Origin: Minisyncoccota bacterium
GTDB taxonomy: Bacteria; Patescibacteriota; Minisyncoccia; Phycocordibacterales; SW-6-46-9
Direction: 5' to 3'
Length of the DNA: 64,000 bases
NCBI GenBank assembly: GCA_040905385.1
Contig: JBBDRP010000002.1
Location: forward strand, 523,526 to 587,525
Shown: one piece after another, positions 54,894 to 64,000 of the stretch
How positions within the stretch are numbered: position 1 is the stretch's first letter
How the letters are laid out: every line of letters starts with the position of its first letter
The notes under the pieces: generated by a model
What the model was told of the DNA's origin: nothing
Seen by the model: only the letters and a program-made list of their open reading frames with translations
The model's database searches: none
Made by a program: the position numbers and the translations under genes

Positions 54894-56150
54894 TTAATCT
54901 GCCTCCAGCACATCCGTAACAATCCGTTCAGAGATGAGTCGAATGCGACGGTTGATGCGACGAACATACGGATCGATCTGAAAGGCCAGGTCATTGATGC
55001 CAAGAAGGTACAAGCCCGACAGTGATCGGACTCGCGACAGGGCTACGTACCCCTGCCCGGGTACAAATGTTCGAGAGAGATCAATCGCCGCCTCATCCAG
55101 CGTCATCCCTTGACTCTTGTGCACTGTCACCGCCCAGGCCAGCCGTAAGGGTAGCTGCGAGATGTACGCATTATCACCATCGACGTACGATCGCTGCCAG
55201 CGCACACGGTCCGGCGTAATCTCCTTTCCACCGCGGGTCTTTACCACCGGCAGACCATGTGAAAATCTATCGACTCTACCGCGCGTTCCGTTTACGTACT
55301 TACCATCAGAATCATTTTTGATAAACATCACCTCAGCCCCAACCTTCAGCCGCAATGACTCCGGCGCCAGTGATCCGCGCTTCAGCGTCTTGACCTTCTG
55401 GGCCGAGCCAGAGGTACGCATGTCATAAACATGCAGATCACCATCAAGCTTATCCAGATGCTCTTCGTTGACCGTATCAACATCAGCATTGTGCGTGTAC
55501 AGACGGGTGATATTTTTAATATCAGTCTCGGTCACCAATCGACTTGCCACTACCTCGCGTGTGCTGTCCGCAACACGGCCCTCGCGAATGTCACTCAGTA
55601 CCTGAAGAAACTGCTCATCCTCCTGGCGAAACTGCTCGGTGAGATAACACATGGCAATGTCAGCCTTCTCCCAGACCTGCGACTGCGTGACGTACTGTGG
55701 ACCACTACGATTCGTGATTGGCGGCAGCTGAAACAGGTCACCACTCATCACTACCTGAATACCACCAAAGGGAATGTCCTGACCGGATACTGCCCGCGCA
55801 ATATCATCCAGCAGATCCAGCTGCGAGGCACTGAGCATACTGATCTCATCAATAATTAGTACATCCGTCTCGCTGTAACGTTTATGCAAAAACTCCTTCT
55901 GGGCCAGCGCATCCAGCTGCTTTTTCGACATCTCGTCCTTGATTCCCATTCCGCTCCAGGAGTGAATGGTTCGACCGCCGATGTGTGTGGCGGCAATACC
56001 GGTGGATGCCGTCACGGCTACTGATTTCTCCTGTGAGTGACACCACTCGATGTACTGGTTAAGCAGGTGCGTCTTTCCACTACCGGCCGGGCCAGTCACG
56101 TAGGTACAGACACCGCGCTGCAGTATGTCAAAGGCTTGTTCTTGAGTCAT
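54894..56150 (-). CDS. PIF1/RecD-like ATP-dependent DNA helicase
   Basis: Walker A VTGPAGSGKTHLL; Walker B LIIDEISM; PIF1-family spacing. Confidence 0.75.
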   Translation of the reverse strand: MTQEQAFDILQRGVCTYVTGPAGSGKTHLLNQYIEWCHSQEKSVAVTASTGIAATHIGGRTIHSWSGMGIKDEMSKKQLDALAQKEFLHKRYSETDVLIIDEISMLSASQLDLLDDIARAVSGQDIPFGGIQVVMSGDLFQLPPITNRSGPQYVTQSQVWEKADIAMCYLTEQFRQEDEQFLQVLSDIREGRVADSTREVVASRLVTETDIKNITRLYTHNADVDTVNEEHLDKLDGDLHVYDMRTSGSAQKVKTLKRGSLAPESLRLKVGAEVMFIKNDSDGKYVNGTRGRVDRFSHGLPVVKTRGGKEITPDRVRWQRSYVDGDNAYISQLPLRLAWAVTVHKSQGMTLDEAAIDLSRTFVPGQGYVALSRVRSLSGLYLLGINDLAFQIDPYVRRINRRIRLISERIVTDVLEAD

Positions 56151-56220
56151 GAGTCCTTACATTGTAACAAATTGACAGATAAAAAGCCCCGCTCGGGCGG
56201 GGCTTTGAGTTAATGATTTT

Positions 56221-56712
56221 TTAGACGTAATCTCCCTGAAGAAGATGAGAAGACGGTGGTTCAGATAGTGATTCTTTCGGATACAGTTTAGGCACACCAT
56301 CAAAGCGACCCACCTGATAATAAACTCTAACCAGTTGATCAGAGTGCATTTCACACTTCTTATAGTAATCCTTGCTCACTTTTGCAATTAAACTGCCAAC
56401 ACTTGGTATTTCAAGCTCCAGTAGATAGCATTCCTCGAAAGGTATCGAGAGCGGAAATAAGTTACTTTCACTAAAATATGAGTAGTGATTGTCGGGGAGA
56501 AAAATATTTCGATGCGGCACATATACAAATTGAGATATATATGCCAATCTCTTTTTGACTTCTCTACCAAAGTAATTAGGAAGTACCGATGCAATAAAAC
56601 TCGCAAATAACGAGGGAGTTTTAGCGGCCTTCGCTTGTCGTGATTGCAGGTGTAGTGGCAACTCTTTCTTTTCAGATGTTACGGGCGTTGGAGTGGCAGA
56701 AATAATTGACAT
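56221..56712 (-). CDS. Hypothetical protein
   Basis: ORF only; start chosen at MSIISATPTP. Confidence 0.45.
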   Translation of the reverse strand: MSIISATPTPVTSEKKELPLHLQSRQAKAAKTPSLFASFIASVLPNYFGREVKKRLAYISQFVYVPHRNIFLPDNHYSYFSESNLFPLSIPFEECYLLELEIPSVGSLIAKVSKDYYKKCEMHSDQLVRVYYQVGRFDGVPKLYPKESLSEPPSSHLLQGDYV

Positions 56713-56783
56713 GGTTACCTCTTTTTTTGAGTTTATGTTGTAATGATCGGCTACATTTAGTATGTATGATATATAAATATTTG

Positions 56784-57917
56784 TCAATCTTCCTTATAAT
56801 ACGTCTTATTTTGAAGCTTTTTTGGTCTGTAATCGCTATTGGTATACATCTCGTATCCGTCTCCGAAGCCTTCATGCTTCATCAATTCTGTCGGTGCATT
56901 ACGGATTCGTTTCGGTATCTCTAGATTCCCGTAACGGTCAACATCTGCCTGTGCCGCGCGATAGGCATCATAAGAGGCTCGGCTTTTCCCGCAGTTAGCT
57001 AGGTACACAGTCGTGTCAGCCAAATTTATCTCCGCCTCTGGCAGCCCCACCTTCTCTACCGCCGCAAAAGCAGCATTTGCAACCACCAGCGCGGTCGGTA
57101 CCGCCTGCCCCACATCCTCGGAGGCAAAGATAACCATCCGTCGGGCAATGAACTTTGGATCCTCTCCGCCAGCAATCATTCGCGCCAGGTAATAAACGGC
57201 GGCATCAGGCTGGGAGGCCCGTAAACTCTTAATAAAGGCGCTAATGGTGTTGTAATGTTCCTCTCCACGATCAAACCGAAGACGCGAAGAGGCCGCCGCA
57301 CTCTCCAGCGTTTGGGGAGTAACCTCGCCGTAGAGGTCATCAGCCGCCGCAATCAATGACAGTGCCCGACGACCGTCACCATTTGCCAGCCGAGCCACCA
57401 GCGACTTCGTCTCCGCATCCATCGGAATATCCGTTCGAGAGATAATCTTGATAATCTCCTCTTCACTAAGTGGATTAAGCGTAAAAACCTGCACCCGCGA
57501 CAGGAGCGCGGAGATCACCTCGAAGCTGGGATTCTCAGTCGTGGCACCGACCAGCACCAGCGTGCCGTCCTCAACATACGGCAGGAGAAAGTCTTGCTGG
57601 GCCTTATTAAAGCGATGAATCTCATCCAGAAACAGCACCGTCTGATCCGCCGACTCACCGGCCGCCGCAATCACATCACGCAGGTCGGCCTTCCCCGCAT
57701 CAACCGCACTCAACTCATGCAGATCTGCATCAATGGCTGCTGCATAGATCCGCGCAATCGTGGTCTTCCCCACGCCGGGTGGACCCCAGAGAATAAAATT
57801 CATGATTCGACCTCCGGAAATCGCCCGGGACAGCGGTTTATCATCTCCCACCAAGTGATCCTGTCCAACAAAGTCATTCAGACTAGTGGGACGAATTTTA
57901 TCGGCTAGCGGCTGCAT
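56784..57917 (-). CDS. rarA: Replication-associated recombination protein A (MgsA)
   Basis: WGPPGVGKTTIARI; RarA/MgsA C-terminal domain. Confidence 0.85.
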   Translation of the reverse strand: MQPLADKIRPTSLNDFVGQDHLVGDDKPLSRAISGGRIMNFILWGPPGVGKTTIARIYAAAIDADLHELSAVDAGKADLRDVIAAAGESADQTVLFLDEIHRFNKAQQDFLLPYVEDGTLVLVGATTENPSFEVISALLSRVQVFTLNPLSEEEIIKIISRTDIPMDAETKSLVARLANGDGRRALSLIAAADDLYGEVTPQTLESAAASSRLRFDRGEEHYNTISAFIKSLRASQPDAAVYYLARMIAGGEDPKFIARRMVIFASEDVGQAVPTALVVANAAFAAVEKVGLPEAEINLADTTVYLANCGKSRASYDAYRAAQADVDRYGNLEIPKRIRNAPTELMKHEGFGDGYEMYTNSDYRPKKLQNKTYYKED

Positions 57918-57953
57918 GACTGCATCATACTACACAGGAAACCTGTCTGTATT

Positions 57954-59189
57954 TTAGAGGCGCGAAAGTGGCACTCGAATCAGCTTGTCATCATCGGTAG
58001 CTGGATTACCGCGCCCATCTGTATTAGAAGTTGTTATGTAAAGATAGTTACCGTCTGGGCTTACCGAAACAGTACGAAGTCGGCCGTACTCCCCTTTAAA
58101 ATGGGTACGTACATTCTCCACCATGATCTCAGTTCCCGTGTTCACAATCGTGGCCTCATACAATGCCTGGCCACGCAGTCCCCCAAAGAAAAGCGAGTCA
58201 CCAGCAATTGCCGCGCTGGCCGGTGCCCAGGTAATATCTGGACCAGAGTGCTCTATTGGAGAGATACCATTACACTCACTACCAGTCGGCCAGGAGGGCT
58301 GGTAGATATCATCCGCTGCACAGATTTCATCACCCTCCAGATACGGCCAGCCGTAATTTCGTCCCGCTCCTAGTAGATTGATCTCATCCAGACCGCTGCG
58401 GGCACCGGATCGTCCGTGCTCGGTAATAAATATCTGACCCGATTGGTGCCAGGCAATTCCCTGTGGATTACGATGGCCGTACGTGTACACTGCATTTCCA
58501 AACGGATTATCCTCTGGAATTGATCCATCATCATGAACTCGCAGCACCTTTCCCTCTAGATTATCCGTCCGCTGTGCTAAATTCGTGTCTGTTGCATCAC
58601 CGGTAAGTATGAATAGATGTCCATCAGGACCAAACGCAATCCGGCCACCGTCGTGGTAGGCAGCCCCAGCAATACCACCGATTATAACGGTTCGGTCATA
58701 AAGCTCTCCGGCTTCATACCGAAAGCGTACCACCTGATTTACCAGCCCATCGTTATTGGCGGTTGTGTTGTATAGATAAATCCAGCTATTTTGGGCGTAA
58801 TCAGGGTGAACGGCCACTCCCAGCAGCCCTGACTCACCACGCTGATGGCTACTAATCGAAATCTCGTGCAGTACATCTCCCTCCGGAGACAGCTCTAGCA
58901 GCCGGCCGGGACGCTCGGTTAGTAGCAAATTTCCGTCGGAAAGAAAGGTTAAGCCCCACGGCGTAAAGAGATTATCTGCAATAACAGTAATAAATTCATC
59001 GATACTGTCGTTATCCTCAATCGGCAACTCTGATTCCGTAGATAAATCAGCAGTTGTAGTAGCGGCCGGTTCTGACTGACTCGTTGGCTGAAAAAACCAG
59101 GCTACTGGATTAGTAAATATAAAAGCGCTGACCACAACGACAGTAATAACACCGATTGTAAGAAGGATTTTCTTCATATTTTTATCCAT
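57954..59189 (-). CDS. Soluble glucose/sorbosone dehydrogenase (GSDH) family beta-propeller
   Basis: Signal anchor; HQRGESGLLGVAVHPDY, HDGGRIAFGPDGHLF and GHRNPQGIAWH. Confidence 0.75.
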   Translation of the reverse strand: MDKNMKKILLTIGVITVVVVSAFIFTNPVAWFFQPTSQSEPAATTTADLSTESELPIEDNDSIDEFITVIADNLFTPWGLTFLSDGNLLLTERPGRLLELSPEGDVLHEISISSHQRGESGLLGVAVHPDYAQNSWIYLYNTTANNDGLVNQVVRFRYEAGELYDRTVIIGGIAGAAYHDGGRIAFGPDGHLFILTGDATDTNLAQRTDNLEGKVLRVHDDGSIPEDNPFGNAVYTYGHRNPQGIAWHQSGQIFITEHGRSGARSGLDEINLLGAGRNYGWPYLEGDEICAADDIYQPSWPTGSECNGISPIEHSGPDITWAPASAAIAGDSLFFGGLRGQALYEATIVNTGTEIMVENVRTHFKGEYGRLRTVSVSPDGNYLYITTSNTDGRGNPATDDDKLIRVPLSRL

Positions 59190-60243
59190 TTATTTGACGC
59201 TGAAGATCTGCAACCATTTCCTGCAGGTCTACAATTTGCTGCTGAAGCGCACTTCTCCTGTCATCTGTTGATGGGCGGTCCGGTGATGAATTACTGGATC
59301 GTACCCGTATCTGAACCCGATTGCTTTCGCGAGACACATTTACTTCCGCCGCTTCTCTATTTAGCTTCTCTCTGGTCTCCTTATCCACCATCCCGTAACC
59401 GGTCTTGTACTCGGCTCCGCTGCAGACGATATTATTATCGCACTGAAACTGCTGTACTGCTTGTTTGGTTAGCGAGCCAAAATAATTTGTCTCCTCGCCA
59501 GGTGATCCGGGGCCGCTCGAAGTCAGCCGATAACCGATTCGATTTAGAATTCGCTGCAACTCGACAACTTCAGCATCATGGACTCCAATTATGAGGCGTT
59601 TAGTTATTACCTCATCAACCACTGGCGACTGATCTTCACCCTTATCACGACCGAGAATAATCTGGTTTGAATGTTTGGTTTTCTTTTCGATCTTTTGGTT
59701 AGTAACTTCTTCTGTCTCTTCCAGTTCTTCTTTATCTTCATCGCGGTCATCTCCTGAACGTACAATCATTTTTACTCGAGACCGTACCGGAGAATAATCG
59801 CCATTTGTCTCGGCCAGTCTGCCGTCATCCCAGCACAGCGATGACGGCGACCATGGTTTCAGTCCATCCACCTCGTAAAGCGTCTTAGCATATGAAACAT
59901 TACCCTCAACAGTATAGATATCCATCCCCATATCCGCAGCCACATCTGCGTGCCAACTATCCAGAAGTTGAAAGACACCAACGGCATCACTTTCCGGGTT
60001 TATCAAGACACCACCGCCGGAGTAATACTGCCGAAATCCCGACTCGCAGTGCGCAACATCAACCATCACGTGATTATTGCCAAAAACATCCTCTACGTGA
60101 TCACGAATTCCAGAATTATCGCCTGTACTGAAATCAGTTTCTCCTCGTGGCTGCAGTACATTCAGCGCTGCCTCCGCCGAAGATGGAAGCGTTACTATAA
60201 GAACCAGAACTAACCCGGTGGTAATATAAGAAAAAAACTTCAT
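59182..60243 (-). CDS. Secreted Rpf-like transglycosylase domain plus peptidoglycan-binding domain
   Basis: AHCESGFRQY...VGVFQL is transglycosylase-like; the C-terminal segment VVELQRILNRIGYRL...LTKQAVQQFQ is PG_binding_1-like. Confidence 0.6.
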   Translation of the reverse strand: MKFFSYITTGLVLVLIVTLPSSAEAALNVLQPRGETDFSTGDNSGIRDHVEDVFGNNHVMVDVAHCESGFRQYYSGGGVLINPESDAVGVFQLLDSWHADVAADMGMDIYTVEGNVSYAKTLYEVDGLKPWSPSSLCWDDGRLAETNGDYSPVRSRVKMIVRSGDDRDEDKEELEETEEVTNQKIEKKTKHSNQIILGRDKGEDQSPVVDEVITKRLIIGVHDAEVVELQRILNRIGYRLTSSGPGSPGEETNYFGSLTKQAVQQFQCDNNIVCSGAEYKTGYGMVDKETREKLNREAAEVNVSRESNRVQIRVRSSNSSPDRPSTDDRRSALQQQIVDLQEMVADLQRQING

Positions 60244-60266
60244 AAAATTTTGTATGGATCTAGTAG

Positions 60267-60890
60267 CTAGCTCGTGATAATTGGTGCACTGTGGATGTAC
60301 TCACGCTTCCGGAGACAGCGCAGGATAAAGTCAGCCACGTCGGCTCGAGAGATTGTGTCAAATAAGCCGGTCTTAATATAACCAGTTTGGTAATCACCTG
60401 TCCACGGGCCATTGGTCAACTTTGGACAACGAACAATGGTCCAGTCCAGATCGCTGGCACGAATTACCTCAGCATGCGCCCGACCATCTGCAATACGATC
60501 CTTCTGCACAAGCTCCAGTGCCTTGGTCAGAATAATTCCACTACCCTGAAACACATCATCCGGATCTCGTACACCCGCACCCGTCATGGAAATTAGTCGT
60601 TTAACTCCCGCATCACCCATCGCGGCGATGATATTAGAAATTCCCTTTGTCTGTAGCCGTGGATCAGCCCCAGGAACGTGTCCAATTACCGACACCACTG
60701 CATCCACCCCATCTATTGCCGGACCAATCGTTCGCGGCTGGAGCACGTCACCAACATAGTACGTAACTTCCTTGTGTGGAACCTCCGGCATTGAGCGCAC
60801 AAAGGCCTGTACATCATAGCCATCCGCCAGTGCCTGATTAAGCACCTTTTCGCCAGTTCGTCCATCTGCTCCAAAAAGACATATTTTCAT
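60267..60890 (-). CDS. NAD(P)H-binding oxidoreductase (NmrA/atypical SDR-like)
   Basis: MKICLFGADGRTG Rossmann motif. Confidence 0.7.
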   Translation of the reverse strand: MKICLFGADGRTGEKVLNQALADGYDVQAFVRSMPEVPHKEVTYYVGDVLQPRTIGPAIDGVDAVVSVIGHVPGADPRLQTKGISNIIAAMGDAGVKRLISMTGAGVRDPDDVFQGSGIILTKALELVQKDRIADGRAHAEVIRASDLDWTIVRCPKLTNGPWTGDYQTGYIKTGLFDTISRADVADFILRCLRKREYIHSAPIITS

Positions 60891-61023
60891 ATATAGAGAT
60901 TACACTAAAAGGTCCGGGTTTACCTTTCGTATGTCTTCCATTATAGCAAGCTGGCCAGGTAATGCATCTACGCATTATTGGATATCTTTTTTATCTGGTC
61001 ACTACAAAATATAATGTTTTTAC

Positions 61024-61692
61024 TCATATTCCTGCTCCACAATTAAGACAGTGTCCCGGATGATCGGCTGGTTTAGAACTATGAGAACGACAAGGGCCTT
61101 CGATACAGAGATAAACAGCACTATACCAATCAAAATCATCAGCCCATGAGGCAGCTGGAAATTTACACACCTGTACCCCATCTATACTTTCACAAAAGCG
61201 AATACTTAACTGATAAACCTTGTCGCTGGATATATCCCAGTTATCCCAGTCAAAAACTGAGCCCTCCCAGGCCGGTACCGGCCATTCACCTCCATCGATG
61301 TAATCCTTAATATCACTAGGTACGTCACGACTCTCATCAGGTGGATAGCCACCCCGGTTATTAGCGTAGAGTTCTAGCGCATTGCGCATCGAGCGCAAAT
61401 CCTGTTGTGACTTAGCTAATCGTGCTTGATCTCTAACATCATTCAGCATTGCCAAAACAAGCGATGCTAAAAGTCCCACAATCGCAATTACCACCAAAAG
61501 CTCTATCAAGGTAAAACCAGCTTCTTTATTTTCGGAAGCTGGTTTTGCCCCGATGGTGCTCGGAGAAAATGAATACGAGTGTTCATCTTGCTCCTCACTT
61601 GTCGTGGTGAACCCACGTCGGCTTTGCTGACTATCACTTGAAGCTTCGAGTATGCGAGAGGAACTACGTTGCTCTTGGGAAAAATAAGGCAT
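61024..61692 (-). CDS. Type IV pilin-like protein (prepilin N-methylation motif) with an unusually long leader
   Basis: ...KEAGFTLIELLVVIAIVGLLA is a class III signal. 57 aa precede the G/F cleavage site; C-terminal Cys pairs. Confidence 0.7.
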   Translation of the reverse strand: MPYFSQEQRSSSRILEASSDSQQSRRGFTTTSEEQDEHSYSFSPSTIGAKPASENKEAGFTLIELLVVIAIVGLLASLVLAMLNDVRDQARLAKSQQDLRSMRNALELYANNRGGYPPDESRDVPSDIKDYIDGGEWPVPAWEGSVFDWDNWDISSDKVYQLSIRFCESIDGVQVCKFPAASWADDFDWYSAVYLCIEGPCRSHSSKPADHPGHCLNCGAGI

Positions 61693-61778
61693 AAAACTAG
61701 CTTCAGTATACGTTACAGTCGTTGTTTACAAAAAGAATAACCCATTACGAAGGTAATGGGTTATTTAAAATTAATATT

Positions 61779-62528
61779 TTAGTTTAAAAGGACGAAATCT
61801 ATCAGTTGGCGCTTTGCAATCGGTAGTACTGTATTTTCGAAAGAGAAGGCATCAAGAGTGTAATCCTCATCCTTTTCAAGGATAACAGTAGCCGGAACTG
61901 GCAACTGAGGATTTTCTTTAATCAACCTCCTTTTGAGGCTAAGTGGGGGGATTTTGAAATCCTCTGTACAAACCAGATTGAAGTTCAGTGAAGAAAAGAG
62001 CTTAGTATTTTCCTGCTTCCAGATCGTGAATTTATATCCGAATACATTTTGTATCCAGCCTAAATCTTTCTCCTCAGACTTACTCGGTAGGAAAAGATAG
62101 CCTTCTTTTTTATAATTCGGCCATATTCCTATCTGAGAAAGTACCATCTGTTCTTCAACGAAATCATGAATGGCTACCCCTTCAGCGATTTTCTGTTGAA
62201 CAAACGGTAGTATCCATACAAATAGATCATGAATGGTCTGAACATTTTGATTAATCATGTTCGTGAAGTCATCACGAATTATTTGACGAGATTCGAAATC
62301 AACGGCTTTCATCTCTGCTTTTTTCAGCATATCTGTATCAATATGCTTTCTTTTCTCTAGATACATTCTGACATTATGATAGAACGTAACTAAATCAGAG
62401 AGATCGGGGTATAGTTGATTTTTATTAAACCTATCCTGGACGACTTTTAAATCAGCTAGGAGTTGATACTGCTTTTTTTCAAAGTCTACGTCATTTTTGA
62501 ATCTTGTTATCCTTTCAAAGGAAAGCAT
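61779..62528 (-). CDS. Hypothetical protein (249 aa)
   Basis: ORF only. Confidence 0.5.
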   Translation of the reverse strand: MLSFERITRFKNDVDFEKKQYQLLADLKVVQDRFNKNQLYPDLSDLVTFYHNVRMYLEKRKHIDTDMLKKAEMKAVDFESRQIIRDDFTNMINQNVQTIHDLFVWILPFVQQKIAEGVAIHDFVEEQMVLSQIGIWPNYKKEGYLFLPSKSEEKDLGWIQNVFGYKFTIWKQENTKLFSSLNFNLVCTEDFKIPPLSLKRRLIKENPQLPVPATVILEKDEDYTLDAFSFENTVLPIAKRQLIDFVLLN

Positions 62529-62617
62529 GGCACTCCACCTCCGGGGATGGGTTTTTATGTTAAGTTGCTATTTCTGTACCTATTATTACACATACGGATA
62601 AACCATGTAAACAAACG

Positions 62618-63370
62618 CTACTTCAGGAGATCGAAATTGAATCTTTTCACCTCAACTCCAGCAGTAGTGAAACCGATCAACTGTAACTTATGTCGAGACT
62701 TTTGATTCGAATTATAATCATAAAAAATATGAAAATCCTTGGCATCATGAAATAAATCATAAAACTTCTGCGAAGCTCCCTCCGGATCGATATCTAGAGA
62801 AAACTCAGCATGAGTGATAGAACCGTCTTCTGTGGAGATAATCTTCTGGGGAATAATATCAAGTATAGTAATACTAGTAAAAAAATCCTCATGGAACCGA
62901 TAACGTATCACTGTATATAGCTCAGAAATAATCCCAATTGGCTTGCGATCCTCAGGAAGATTCTCTAAATTAATCGTCTCACGTAGTTCTCCGGTCTGGA
63001 AGACGGATTCACCGGATAAAATCACCTGCAGAAAGTTTTTTATTTTCCCCTGTTCCTCAGTTGTTAAATCCTCAGGTAACTGATGTACCTGCGGTGTCTC
63101 CAGTAGCAGCTGTAGCAAGTAACGCCGCTGACGTGTAACTGGATCAGCGTCGGCATACTGCTCGGTCATCTCATTAACCTCTTGATCAGTTAATTCCGAG
63201 TTTGTACCAAGGTTATCAACTGCCTTTTCTAGTAAAACTCTAATCTCTTGATCAGAACCCTCTATCGCCTCAGCGGTAGCTTTCTCGCTAGTAATCTGAT
63301 TCTTCCCTTTAATATAGTTACTCTCCTTTCCTTCGCGACGATTTCTCTCAAAATTGAATGGTGTATCCAT
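62618..63370 (-). CDS. Hypothetical protein (250 aa, acidic)
   Basis: ORF only. Confidence 0.5.
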   Translation of the reverse strand: MDTPFNFERNRREGKESNYIKGKNQITSEKATAEAIEGSDQEIRVLLEKAVDNLGTNSELTDQEVNEMTEQYADADPVTRQRRYLLQLLLETPQVHQLPEDLTTEEQGKIKNFLQVILSGESVFQTGELRETINLENLPEDRKPIGIISELYTVIRYRFHEDFFTSITILDIIPQKIISTEDGSITHAEFSLDIDPEGASQKFYDLFHDAKDFHIFYDYNSNQKSRHKLQLIGFTTAGVEVKRFNFDLLK

Positions 63371-63386
63371 ATGTTTCTAAAGATTA

Positions 63387-64000
63387 TCACTGACCTCTTG
63401 TAAGATCAGCCGTCATCAATGTTATTTTATCACCAGCGTGTAGACCCTCATCAATTATCTTATCAGCAATAATATTTTCAACCGTATCCTGAATTACGCG
63501 TCGGATTGCCCGGGCACCAAACTCTGGATTATAACCACGTTCCACAAGCTCCGCTGCAACCTTACCACCAATCTCCAGACGAAACCCTTTCACCTTCATA
63601 CGTTCATGAAGCTCATGCAGTAAAATTTCCGTTATCTGAATCAAGTTATCAGTCGTCAACGGATGGTATATTACAGCCGCATCAAAACGGTTAATCAGCT
63701 CCGGGCGAAACTCTCCATCCGCCACAAGGCTGTCGATAATATCCTCCTGTCGCTCACTGAGATCATCTCCAGCCTCTACATAAGAAAATATCTCTTGTGC
63801 CCCCGCATTTGAGGTGGCAATAATGATCATATTATCCAGGCTAACCCGACGACCACGACCATCAGTAAAGTAACCTTCATCAAGAATCTGCAGAAATAAA
63901 TCATGTACCTGACGGTGTGCCTTCTCAAACTCATCCAGAAGCAGTACTCCGTACGGCTTCTCCCGCACCATGTCCGCCAAACGACCGCTCTGACCAGAAG
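63387..64000 (-). CDS. Clp/Hsp100 AAA+ ATPase (ClpC/ClpB-like), C-terminal part; gene continues beyond the window end
   Basis: D2 module LLLDEFEKAHRQVHDLFLQILDEGYFTDGRGRRV, sensor region LINRFDAAVIYHPL, and GARAIRRVIQ. Confidence 0.8.
   Translation of the reverse strand, partial: SGQSGRLADMVREKPYGVLLLDEFEKAHRQVHDLFLQILDEGYFTDGRGRRVSLDNMIIIATSNAGAQEIFSYVEAGDDLSERQEDIIDSLVADGEFRPELINRFDAAVIYHPLTTDNLIQITEILLHELHERMKVKGFRLEIGGKVAAELVERGYNPEFGARAIRRVIQDTVENIIADKIIDEGLHAGDKITLMTADLTRGQ

Overview
This 64 kb window looks like a reduced-genome bacterium, probably Candidate Phyla Radiation/Patescibacteria (possibly Saccharibacteria-like). The supporting evidence is roughly 90 % coding density, tight 4-10 bp gene junctions, the standard genetic code, and N-terminally minimal core proteins: a 497-aa IF-2, a 251-aa PheS, a PheT without its tRNA-binding domain, and a transketolase split into two genes. 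About 72 protein genes and 5 tRNAs are supported. Housekeeping content comprises infB-rbfA, gyrA, gyrB, leuS, pheS-pheT, rpsB-tsf, prfA, rpmE, rplY, ychF, rarA, a pentose-phosphate/glycolysis block (tktN, tktC, rpe, rpiB, gap), and a partial cysteine desulfurase and a partial Clp ATPase at the two window edges. Accessory content I consider most worth follow-up: (1) the pheT gene carries an in-frame NlpC/P60 cysteine-peptidase domain inserted between its editing and B5 regions; (2) six tandem paralogs of small two-helix TrbC/VirB2-type pilin-like proteins sit next to a free-standing HNH endonuclease and a tRNA island littered with pseudo-tRNA fragments; (3) a conserved ~90-nt element with a perfect AAATTTAC-TGAC-GTAAATTT palindrome occurs twice, each time on the 3' side of a tRNA gene; (4) a protein fuses sigma-70 region 4 to a HARE-HTH domain; (5) an island of small membrane-protein genes at 21.2-25.3 kb shares leader and terminator modules, with long inverted repeats and direct repeats around it. 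The window is also rich in secreted cell-wall hydrolases (MltG, VanY/M15, NlpC/P60, SLT, Rpf-like) and has two tandem metzincins. No CRISPR array, rRNA or obvious transposase is present. All calls rest on reading the translations and the sequence by eye; no searches were run.
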